64,000 bases of DNA from Octopus sinensis (Eukaryota), in contig NC_043016.1 in NCBI RefSeq assembly GCF_006345805.1, forward strand, positions 19,778,001-19,842,000. The letters run 5' to 3'. Below the pieces are notes generated by a model. That model was not told the DNA's origin, did no database searches, and saw only the letters and a program-made list of their open reading frames with translations. Positions 28,354 through 39,806 of this stretch are shown here, one piece after another (position 1 is the stretch's first letter; every line of letters starts with the position of its first letter). The position numbers and the translations under genes were made by a program.

Positions 28354-28394
28354 CCAGAGACTAGTTTCAGAGTCATTGCTCATCATCAGTCTGG
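28354..28394 (-). ncRNA. Minimal type I hammerhead ribozyme motif (left arm of foldback)
   Basis: Minus strand reads CCAGA-CUGAUGA-U-GAG-CAAUGA-CUC-U-GAA-ACUAGU-C-UCUGG: complete core, 5-bp stem I, palindromic stem III and a GUC triplet. Confidence 0.7.
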
Positions 28395-28534
28395 AGTAAC
28401 TACTGCATAAATCTCTCTGAGAGATTTATAAATATATCATTTCTATTTTCAAAAATCAGTGAATGTATTTTGCTGTAAATATATAGGTTTTCAAAGGCAG
28501 ATAGGCATATCGGCAGCTAGCAAGCCATTCTACT

Positions 28535-28575
28535 CCAGACTGATGATGAGCAATGAGTCTGAAACTAGTCTCTGG
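28535..28575 (+). ncRNA. Minimal type I hammerhead ribozyme motif (right arm of foldback)
   Basis: CCAGA-CTGATGA-TGAGCAATGAGTCT-GAA-ACTAGT-C-TCTGG. Predicted cleavage after C28570. Stem II has one G-G mismatch relative to the left copy. Confidence 0.6.
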
Positions 28576-28883
28576 ATGCTGGCTTAACTGGGTGGAAGTG
28601 CTTGTCTCCACTTTGAAAACATAAGGACACAGGAAATGTGTCAAGTCCAACAGGAAACGGTGTTTCCTAGGGCTAAATAACAGTAGCATTCTTCCCTTTT
28701 ATGGGACTGTCACATTAAGTTGACAACATACTATCACCTTATCGTGCTGCTACTGCATAGATCTCTCAGAGATTTAGAAACATTATTTCTATTCTCACAT
28801 AACAAGTTTTGGATATATTCAGATATATTAGTAAGGGTGTGTGTTTGGTGCAGCATAATTCGAAGATTACTCAGACGACTACA

Positions 28884-29710
28884 ACAGAAAATAACTGTTG
28901 AATAAATACTGCATAGAAGGCATCGTAAATCATTGACACTTACATATTGATTCACACGCACATAGATACATACACACACACACACACATATGCCGCCATT
29001 AACTTGCCTGCATGGAAAGTGTTAAATTTCAGTTGTGTGTGTGTGAAATGTATGCATTATTTGTATATGCATAATTGAGTGTTACTGTGTATAATATATA
29101 CATTTTAGCATGTGTGTGTATGTATATACTCTTTTACTCTCTCTTTTACTTGTTTCAGTCATTTGACTGCGGCCATGCTGGAGCACCGCCTTTAGTCGAG
29201 CAAATCGATCCCGGGACTTATTCTTTGTAAGCCCAGTACTTATTCTATTGGTCTCTTTTGCCGAACCGCTAAGTAACGGGAACATAAACACACCAGCATC
29301 GGTTGTCAGGCAATGCTAGGGGACAAACACAGACACACAAACACACACACACACACACAACACACACACATATATATATATATATACATATATACGACAG
29401 GCTTCTTTCAGTTTCCGTCTACCAAATCCACTCACAAGGCATTGGTCGGCCCGGGGCTATAGCAGAAGACACTTGCCCAAGATGCCACGCAGTGGGGCTG
29501 AACCCGGAACCATGTGGTTGGTTAGCAAGCTACTTACCACACAGCCATTTCACACACACACACACCACTGAAATTTAACACTTTCCATGCAGGCAAGTTA
29601 ATGGCGGCATACGTGTGTGTGTATGTATCTATGTGCGTGTGAATCAATATGTAAGTGTCAATGATTTACGATGCCTTCTATGCAGTATTTATTCAACAGT
29701 TATTTTCTGT
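28884..29710. repeat. Inverted duplication of about 165 bp around a SINE
   Basis: 28884-29050 is the reverse complement of 29546-29710. Confidence 0.9.
29127..29546 (-). mobile_element. OR-type SINE, 5' end clipped
   Basis: Same family. The head stops at the junction with an inverted duplication. Confidence 0.85.
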
Positions 29711-29719
29711 ATATATATA

Positions 29720-29762
<43 letters not shown>

Positions 29763-31087
29763 CATGTTTGTTTACTCATGTATGTGTGTGTGTAAAGTTT
29801 TTGAACTTGTATGCAGTCGGTAAAATTGCTTTCAGTGATTCCCATTAGAGTCCTTCTGCGGAGATCAAGAAAATACTCTCTCTTTCTTTTTTTTCTCTAC
29901 CCACTTCAATCTTTAGTCCATGAGATTGAAGAAAGGAAGGACGAAGACACACGCTGTCTCTCTTGGAAGAACTTTCTCCCAACAGCCTGCTTATAATAAA
30001 CTTAAAGAAACTTCTATAACTTTTACAGATAAATATAATTTTTTAGTGACTCAGACCAACCGAAGCTTCCATAGATTCTTGGTTGATTTCTTTCTTTATT
30101 TTTCACTCCACCTAGAAATAATATATGCATTTATCTAGGTGGGTATGGCTGTGTGTGCGCGCATGCGTGTGTGGTTATGTAGTGCATTGGATTGGTTGTG
30201 TTTACAGCAGTGGTGGTAGTGGTTGACATAAAACAACTAAAATGTTTCATGTAGGAGAGAGAGAGAGAGAGAAAAGACATGGTATCTCACCAGAAAGTAC
30301 ATTGACAACTGCTACCGTCAAATCGCTGCAACTCTTAACCCTTTCTACAGAAAATATGTTAATTTTTTTTTCTTTCTTTCTCTTTTTTATTTTATTTTAT
30401 TTTGTCTTGTTTTGTTTTTTTTTACTCTCTCTTGTGAGAATAGTAAGAGTTTTCTCGGTTCCCCTTTTATGTTTTTGTAAAAACGTTTGAAAAATATAAT
30501 TGTATGGTCAAACAGAAGCTTCACCCTCTAAATTCTAAATTTTATTATATTGTTGTTGCTGTTGCTGTTTTACCCCAGTACCCTAACTGACTGTGATCAT
30601 GCAGGCAGATCTACAATAAGCCAGTCCAGTGATGGCCATCCCATTCTATCCCCACTTTTTTTTTTTTCCCCCAGTGTACCTAGAAATACATTATCTTGTG
30701 TGTCCTTCTCTAAGATGATATATTTAAGGTGAGAAGATTTGGCTGCTATATCTAGCTGATTGACCAATAAACACATCGAAACTTCTGCGTTGCTGTTGCT
30801 GTTGCTCTCCAGGGTGGTCGTCATCACTGTTTTCCAAGATTGTTATATTAAATTATTCTCCTGATTCCAGTCATTATTTAAAGAAATAAGATTATCCAAA
30901 CTGCCCTCTCTGAAACTTTAGTTATTGCTTAAAATTAAAAACAGAGAGCAGCTTAGGATACGATTAATTTAAAATCAGTAGATATCCACAAGTGCATCTA
31001 TGATGTTTTATTTGTGTTATATTTTAAAATTTCCAGTAAATTTTTTTCTTGTTTTTCTTCTTTATCACTTTTTTAAAACTTTCTCCC

Positions 31088-31118
<31 letters not shown>

Positions 31119-32660
31119 CGTGCGCACGCATGTGTGTTTGTGCGTGCGTGCATGTGTATTTATATTTATTTATATCGACTTCTTGGTGTTTCTGTTATGT
31201 ATTTGTGCATTAGCTTATATAGACAGCAACTAAATGCTGCACTGCTTTGGTGTCACTAGAGTTGCAGCACATTCTGATGTCGCTAACGCGCTGATTTTAC
31301 AATTTTTATTTTTTATTACTCTTATTATTAAATGATAACACTTGTGAATTTAATGTTCAGATTATTAAATTCATTTTAAAGTTGAGGTAGATTAATTAAT
31401 CACACATATATTCTATTTACATAGATATATATGTGCGTGTATATATGTATATATATATGCATGCGTGTGCATACGTATGCGCGTGCAAATAAAGACACTT
31501 GAACAACATAATTATATTTAATTTGATAAGGATTGTCTTATGTGTGTGTGTGTGTGTCTATATATATATATATCAGTATTTATGAATTTAGTCCTTTCAT
31601 TCATAAATGTTTGTTATTTGTAACTTTCATCATGTAGACGTCTGTCATATTGACGTTAATATATCTTTGTGCATGGGTTTGTAGGTTTTGAATTTACTCT
31701 TATATCATCATTTAACATCCGCTTTCCATACTGTTACGGGTTGGACAGTTTGATTGCAGCTGTCCAGGCAGATGACTGCACCGTGCTTCACTGTCTGTTT
31801 TGGCAGGGGTTTTTTTTACGGCAGGATGCCCTTCCTAGCATCAACCACTCTGCAGAGTGGGCTGAGTGCTTTTTATATGGTACCAGCACAAGTGAGATCA
31901 GTTTTGGCATGGTTTTTACAGTTGGGTTTCCCTTCCAAACACAAACCACCTTACAGTGTTTGACCGGATGCTTTTTATGTAGCAACAGCATGGCAGGGTC
32001 AACAAGTAACTTGCAACACAAAGATCCTGTTAGGCTAGGATATCAAAGTGAAAAAGTTAATCCAAAATTGAGACATTGGAGAAAGATGTCTTCCCCCAAC
32101 CTGTTGGATCCTATCAAACCAGCCTGACATGCCAGCAGAGAAAGCAGACGTAATGCAAAATGATGATGATTTGCATTGCATGCAAGCGTATTGACTTCCT
32201 CACCACACACACTTTCTCTGATGGCAGTTTGACAGGAGCTGACAAGTTGGAGAAAAACATTTTGATCCAATGTTGTAATTTTGGCTTTGTTATATATATA
32301 TATCCTTTCCTGATTGTCTGCCAATACATTACATGTATCACGTCCTCGTGCTTGTGTTTGTTCTGTTTTGGATTTACTATATATATATATGAAGAGTTGA
32401 TAGGTTCAAGTCTCAGCAGTATTCTGGGTGCTGGACCAGCCTTAACCTGTTTGTTACCATATTCCACTTGTGTTCTAAGAACTAGGCACAGATGTGGTTA
32501 TGTGGTTAGAAGTTTGCTTCTCAACCACGTGGTTTCTGGTTTCAGTCCCACTGAGTGACACATTGGGCAAGTGTTTTCTACTATAGCTTCAGGCTGACCA
32601 AAGCCATGTGAGTGGATATAGTAGATGGAACCTGGAAGAAGCCCAATGTATGTATATAGA

Positions 32661-33901
32661 CAGGGTTTGGGCAAAATAATGGAAACACCTAGCATCATAG
32701 CATCATAATTTTGAAATATCTATAAAACCATCAAAATCTTGTTTATTTTTATGTTTTTTGATTTATTATTAGTGTTGTTTAAAATGTTTTGCTAAAATTG
32801 CTGTTTCTATTCAGATATGATCAGAAAAAGGTAATTAAAATTCATTAAAATGACAGATCTATCAGACTTTCAGAGAGGCCAAATTGTTGGTGCTCGTATG
32901 GCAGGCACTAGTGTAATAAAAACAGCCGAAATGTTTGGTGTGTCAAGAAGTACTGTCTCGAAAGTAATGACAGTCTTTGAGAAAGAGGGAAAAACCTCCT
33001 TGTCAAAACAAAATTCTGGAAGAAAACCAAAACTTTTAGATAGGAACTATCAGACTCTTAAGCAAATTGTTAGAAAATACAGCTCCCAAAATTACTGCAG
33101 AACTTAATGACCACCATGAAAACCCAGTTTCCACAAAAACTGTTCACCAGGAGCTGCACAAAGCTGGATTTCACAGGAGAGCTGCAATCAGAAAACCACT
33201 ACTTTCAAAAACAAACATTGCAAAGCATTTAGAATGGAGTAAAAACCTACAGAATGGCCCCCAGAACTGTGGAAGAATGTTATTTTCTTGGACAAGTTAT
33301 CCTTTACTTTATTTTCAACCAATGGCTGAGTATACATGTGGAGACAGTCAAAAGAAGCATTTGACACAGACTGCCTTCTTCCAGTTGTTAAACATGGAGG
33401 AGGATCTGTGATGATCTGGGTGGGGGGGACTATATCTTGGAAATTTGCCAGCCCAATGGTTTCCCATCATGGCAGAATAAATAGTCAAGACTATTTAAGC
33501 ATTTTATCTGATCAAATTCATCCTATGGTTGCAGAACTCACGCAGCTAAAGTTGTTACTGAATGGCACAAGGAACATTCCAGTGAAGTTTAACATCTTAT
33601 CTGGCCACCACAGTTCCCAGATTTCAATATTATTGAACATTTATGGTGCATTTTAGAAAAAAAAGTAAGGAGTAAGTTTTAGAAAAAAAAAGTAAGATAT
33701 CCTCCACCATCATCACTACAAGAACTGGAAACTGTTTTAGCTGAAGAATGGACAAAGATTCCTTTGCAAACAATTCAAACTTTGTACAAGTCCACACCTC
33801 ATAGAATTCAAGCTGTAATTACTGCCAAAGGTGGTCCTACCCCATATTAAAATGAATTTGTTTGAAATTTTAAGGTGTTTCCATTATTTTGTCCAACTCT
33901 G
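32661..33901 (+). mobile_element. Near full-length decayed Tc1 transposon
   Basis: TIRs cagggtttgggcaaaataatggaaacacct and aggtgtttccattattttgtccaactctg|TA. Frameshifted transposase from 32850 (MTDLSDFQRGQIVGARMAG) to AKGGPTPY* at 33850. Confidence 0.9.
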
Positions 33902-34892
33902 TATATATCTTTGTGTACGTGTTCATCCACTACCTCCACTTGACAACTGGTGTTGGTTTGTTTATGTCCCCATTACTTAGCAGACTCAACAGTTCAGCAA
34001 AAGAGCCCGATGGAATATGTACCAGGTTAAAAAACAAAGCCCTGAGACTAATTTGTTAGGCAAAACCCTTCAAGGCAGTGCCCCAGCATGATAACAGTCC
34101 AGTGATTGAAACAAGTAAAAAACAATATATATGCATTTTACATCAAAAGTTAACAGTCTACTCTGCAATTTCCTCTCCGGTGGGCTTTTACAACTGTGAA
34201 TGGTGTTATGAATGACTCAACCAAGAATGCAATACAGACTAGCCTGTCTGTTTTTGATATAATAAACATGTGTACCCATTCTGCACAATGTATTGTGCAA
34301 TATCAGATAATCACTTTTACATAGGAAAATATATTTAAATATACTTTCCTATTCTTACATTATGATTTATGCACAAACATAGGGGAGGGATGCACAGTCT
34401 GTTGGTTACGACGATGAGGGGGCCTTGCTGATATGATCAACGGAACAGCTTGCTCATGAAATTAACATGCAAGTGGCTGAGCACTCCACAGACATGTGTA
34501 CCCTTAATGTAGTTCTCAGGGAGATTTAATGTGACACAGTGTGACAAGGCCGGCCCTTTGAAATACAGGTACTACTCATTTTTGCCAGCTGAGTGGACTG
34601 GAGCAACGTGAAATAAAGTGTCTTGCTCAAGGACACAATGCTTTGCTGGGAATTGAACTCGCAACCTTACGATCGTGAGCCGAATGCCCTAACCACTAAG
34701 CCCATGTACAAACATATATACATGCATGTATGCATTTATATCATCAGCATCATCATTCCCCTTTCTATACTTGCATGGATCAAAGAGTTTATTGGGGCAG
34801 ATTTTTTATGCCCTTCTTTTTGCCAACCCTCACCAGTTTCCGAGTAATAACTATCACACAGTGTCAAAACAAGGAGACACAAATACACACAC

Positions 34893-34926
<34 letters not shown>

Positions 34927-35185
34927 ACACAACACACTTCTTTCAATTTCTGCATACCAAATCCACTCACAAGGCTTTGGTCGGCTGGAGGCTATAGAAG
35001 ACACTTGAGGTTTCACACAGTGGGACTGAACCCAGGATCATGTGATTGGGAAATGAGGATATACTGTAGAAAACCATAAAACTGCAGTATTTGTCTCAAG
35101 AAAGCTTTTCATATTGATGAACAGTACCAAAAATCACAGAAGTTTATCAGTTGCAGATGACAAGCACTCAGCAGTGGCAGTGAAA

Positions 35186-35231
35186 TTGCTAAATCTGGGA
35201 TTTCTGCTTCTTTGAGCATCATCAGTAGCAA
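35186..35231 (-). ncRNA. Type I hammerhead ribozyme motif
   Basis: Minus strand reads UUGCUA-CUGAUGA-UGCU-CAAAGA-AGCA-GAA-AUC-CCA-GAU-U-UAGCAA: 6-bp stem I, 4-bp stem II, 3-bp stem III and an AUU triplet. Confidence 0.55.
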
Positions 35232-35562
35232 GGATCCACTAGCAACCACATGCTTAGTTAAATTTAGCCTCTGTTGATATAGTAACCAATGATTAACAAA
35301 TCACTGGGGTCGCAAATAGCTGGCAGCCTGGATAAAAAAATTCTTTATTAGTGACAGAAACAGTATTTGTTCAAAATCGTGACATGACCTCCTTCGGTCA
35401 TGAATGACCATGGAATTGCACCTAGAAAGTTACCCCCCGAGGTACAAGACTGGGCAAGGTTGTTTATAGAAGACCAGCAGTCGCCCATGCATACTAGCCT
35501 CCCCTCTCGACGACGACGATGTTATCCAAGGGAAAGGCAAAGGCCGATACAGCTTGGCACCA

Positions 35563-35844
35563 GACACGTGTACCCTTAACGTAGTTCTCGAGGAGATTCA
35601 GCGTGACACAGAGTGTGACAAGGCTGGCCCTTTGAAATACAGGTACAACAGAAACAGGAAGAAAGAGTAAGAGAAAGTTGTGGTGAAAGAGTACAGCAGG
35701 GTTCACCACCACCCCCTGCCAGAGCCTCGTGGAGCTTTAGGTGTCTTCACTCAATGAACACTCATGATGCCCGGTCTGGGAATCGAAACTGCGATCCTCC
35801 GACCGCGAGTCCGCTATCCTAACCACTGGGCCATTGCGCCTCTA
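35563..35844 (-). mobile_element. tRNA-SINE with a Nin/Deu-like central domain, abutting a third-family SINE tail
   Basis: Head gtagaggcgcaatggcccagtggttagg and body ttcaaagggccagccttgtcacactctgtgtcacgctgaatctc. Related copies at 34392-34706 (-) and 52285-52606 (+). Confidence 0.7.
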
Positions 35845-37362
35845 CTTGTTCAAAATAGCATTCAGTAAAAGGTGTTGTGTTTGTCAGTTGACCCCACCCG
35901 GCCTTGTCAGCCTGATCATGCACATTCATGATGAAAGACATTCCAAACATAAACATCTTATCTTTTTGTATTTCAAGGATATGTTATCCAATATATGCTG
36001 CCTTATTTTTCTTTTTCTAAGACAGTAGATTGTAATTTGAAGAAGATTTAGCTGCTGTTTTTCACAGGTTACTCAGTCATGTAACTAACTATGGATGCTT
36101 GGAGGTGATTCTTTTTTCATATAGTGGCAAGGATTGCAGGGTGGTGGGGGAGGAGGAGGAATAGAGAATTGTTACAGTGTCAACAACCTGTACCTCTTGC
36201 AAACCCAGATGGCCTTTCTTTTTTCAGTAGCTTCATTTTGTTGTGTAGGTGGGTGGTCTATGGGTATGTTTGGAATATAAACTTCCTTCTTTCAATAAGT
36301 GCTGCTTTTGTAAATTCTGCTGAGACTAACTTTACTTTTCATCCTTCCAGGGTCGATAAATTAAGTACCAGTTGCATACTGTGGTCAATCTAATTGACTG
36401 GCCCTCTCCCTCAAAATTTCGGGCCTTGTGCCTAGAGTAGAAAAGCAAAGAATAAGTGCTATTTTGTGTTGTTATTTTGGTTTATTATGGAGAGGTTTCA
36501 AGTACTGGAAGGACAGGCGTAATAATCTATGATGGCTCTAATGCAGTGTCGATTCTGTCTGTTGGCCAATGTGTGGTACCTGTGAATGCTCCGTATTTGT
36601 GCTTCTTTTTCTTTTCTTTACCATATTGTGTGTGCTGTGTATGTTGTAATGGTGTTGCATATAACTTCTACTACTTTTGTCTTTTGTGTTTGATCAAAAG
36701 TATTCTATGTTCTCTTTTTACTTAAACAGTAAGGCATGCTTTAAGATAGATTTGGCTGCTATTTTTAACTGATTGAGTACCTTTGTAGACGTTCCTCTGC
36801 TGGGTTTATAGCAATATGTTGGATTTGGTAGGTGATACTTCAGTGTTGTTGTTTTGAGTCAAGAATGATGAGGGGAGGGTAAACTTTGATGCCATCTGCT
36901 TGCGAATGTTTTCTTTAAGTTTTTCTGAGGTGCGGCTATATAATCTTATTTATAGGTTAAAAAGAATGGATGAGAAAATAGATACTTGTGGTATTCCATC
37001 TGGAAAATTTCAAATTCTGGATCTGTTGTTTTTTCTGTTCAACAGAGGCTTCGCAAGCCTGACAGGTAGTTAGTGTACTGGCCAATGTTTTGTGTTGTTT
37101 CTTAAGGAGGTGTTGAGTATTTCGTGTATAGGTAAGCAGGGAAGAGAGTGAAAGCTTTGTTGATGTAAACAGTAGTTTGTGTGTTGAGTGAGAAATATTT
37201 TATTGTTATCAACGTCATGTAGGGTTTATTTTGTTCGTTAGCTCGGTGAATGAGTGTAATAGTTTTAAGCCTTTTTGATACTAACTTGCCCAAGACTAGC
37301 CTTGCTTCTATGATGCAAACTTCCAGTTGAACGTGATCTAAATAAAAATTTCTCATTAAGCA

Positions 37363-37700
37363 TCTCTCTATATATAAACAGCAAAGTGTGTGTGTGTGTG
37401 TGTGTGTATCCTTTATACAAATCCACAATTTTTCAGTTAGAGGGCTTGCACTTTCTATGGTCATTGAAAATCGTCCAAGGGTGGTTGTGCATATCTTTAC
37501 ATTTCCCCAGTCACCCCGCAAAGCCATTAAAAAATCAATAGAAGTAACTTTTTTTGTGAATTTTCTATCCAAAACCCAATCAAAATGCCCAAAACTTGAT
37601 ACGCCAATTGAATGCCAGCTAGCTGTATGTGATTGGTCGGAGATTTGGACAGTACTCGCGTGTATGTGCGCATGCACGCAGATGTATATGCATGCACTAG
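37363..37700 (+). mobile_element. Non-autonomous Helitron, family A copy 3 (ends at the first CTAG)
   Basis: A|TCTCTCTATATA start and the same body. Terminates CACTAG|T without the hairpin. Confidence 0.75.
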
Positions 37701-39597
37701 TCTTCGTTAATTTATGACCAAAAGCGAAGTATTTTCTTAATTCTTTATTGTTTTAAAAATTAATTGAATCAAAAGCAATATAGTTAAATAGAAATATTGC
37801 AATGAAAGGGTTAAGACATTTTGTATCTAGTATTCTGTAGGTACTTTCTTTTCTTGGTGGGGTTGATTGAGAGATCTGGCTGTTATTTCTAGCAGGTCAA
37901 ACAGCCTTGTCCAGTCTACCTTGACCCCTAATAATCAACTGAACATATGATCAAAGAAAAGGATTTCAGCTATCATCATACCAATTTTTCCTATATCTAG
38001 GACTACATTTGTTCAATGTACCTCTCCTTACCCCAGCCTCAACTGCTATAAAAAAAAAAAAAGATAATAGGCTGTGTAATTTGAGGGAGATTTATTTGAC
38101 TGGTGTTTCTAGGGCAGCACTGTGTCTGTCCTTCTTTTTTAGATGGGACACTGTGTGACTTGAGACTTATCTGGCTGGTATTTTTAGTAGGTTGAACATC
38201 CATGTGGAGTCTCTCTTGACTAGTTTGTAATAATATATTAACGAGTTTACCTTTAACTTGTTTTGGTCATTGAACTGTAACTTTGAAAGGTTTTAGTCAA
38301 TTCAACCTCCAGTACTTACGTTTTTTTTTATTTTTGCTTTGTTCTTTTGTTAAGTCTGGTACTTTATTCTATCAATCTCTTTTGCTGGACTGCTAAGTTA
38401 CAAGGATGTAAACAAACCAATACCAGTTGTCAAGTAATGGAGGTGAAGGTGACAAACACAGACACACACACATGCACTCACAGACATACATACATACATG
38501 CACACACACATACATTAGGCTTCCACACAGTTTCCATCTACCAAATTCAGTCATAAGGTGTTGATCAAATAAATCTCCTTCAAATTATTCTATAGAGAAT
38601 ACATGCACAATGCGCCATGCTGTGGGACTGAACCCAAAACCATATGGCTGCAAAGTAAGCTTCTTCATCATGCAGCCATGCCTCAAAGCTAATATGATGA
38701 ATGACCCCCCAGGAAGTCTTTTCCTATTTTTATTCATTTATTTTTTCGAAAAAACAGGAGTGAACGAATGAGCTGTCAACAGATAAAGTGTGAAAATGGA
38801 TGAAAGATATTTAAAGAACTTGAAAGGACCCCTGCTAGTTCTTGTAGTAAAAGGAAGTTCTGTGATTCATATGCCAAGACTGTTTTTATAGTGAAGCAGC
38901 ATAGTGTGTAGTAAGGTGAGTAGAGACAGCCAGTGGGGCCTGGTAGCAAAAGTTCAAAAATATTCTTAACAGTAAGTACAACATTGAACTAGTTAATTCT
39001 GGTTAAGAAATGAAATACCTATTTGTCTTGCTCTTGAAGTAGGTCTTGTGCTCGTCACCTTCACAGACACTCTGAGACTGGTGCAGTGGCATGGTTAATG
39101 TTCCTGTTGAATAGTTCCAGGTTTGCACCAAAGGCTGCAGGAAGAAACATTATTACAAGGAAGGAATTTCAGGTGTGTGAGGGTGGAAGGGGGGGGGGGC
39201 ATTCTGAAGAGGAAAAGCTGGGTGTAGGGGATTAATGTTGGGTTTTGGATGGATGGGATCTTTATGAGAGTAGGGATGAGTGAAAGGGAGATCTCTGAGT
39301 TAGGTTAGGTTAAGAAATTAATAACTATTTAAAACTGAAACTGTTGTGGTGATTATTTCATTTCAAAGCCACTTTAACTGAGAGAATTGTAATCTTTTAT
39401 TCCTTTTACTACTTTTGGTCGTTGGATCTGTAATATATCACCCAAAAAACACTTGGTTTGGTCAAATACCTATTTTGTTATGATCTCTATTTGTCAGACT
39501 ATAAACTGACAGAACATAAAGGCAGCACAACCCTACACAGCAACACCAAGTCCCATATATATGGTACCACTACCATAAAAGCACTTGTGCCAACACC

Positions 39598-39806
39598 TAT
39601 TTCTTTATTACCCACAAGGGGCTAAACACAGAGGGGACAAACAAGGACAGACATAGGTATTAAGTCGATTACATCGACCCCAGTGCGTAACTGGTACTTA
39701 ATTTATCGACCCCAAAAAGATGAAAGGCAAAGTCGACCTTGGCGGAATTTGAACTCACAACGTCACGCAGACAAAATACCGCTAACGTTTCTGCCAGCTC
39801 TCCGCC
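39598..39806 (-). mobile_element. OK-type SINE with TSD and a small internal deletion
   Basis: Flanked by TTGTGCCAACACC on both sides. Confidence 0.85.

Larger units (their letters stand above)
28201..28728. mobile_element. Foldback element with 198-bp inverted arms, probably a Penelope-like non-autonomous derivative
   Basis: Arms 28201-28398 and 28531-28728 differ at about 11 positions, around a 132-bp spacer. Each arm carries a hammerhead motif. Flanked by CA on the left and TA on the right. Confidence 0.75.

Noticed and set aside
37102-37677. 191-aa minus-strand ORF
   Set aside because: It is a chimera of the antisense Helitron copy and a decayed LINE-like segment, with no splice or homology support.
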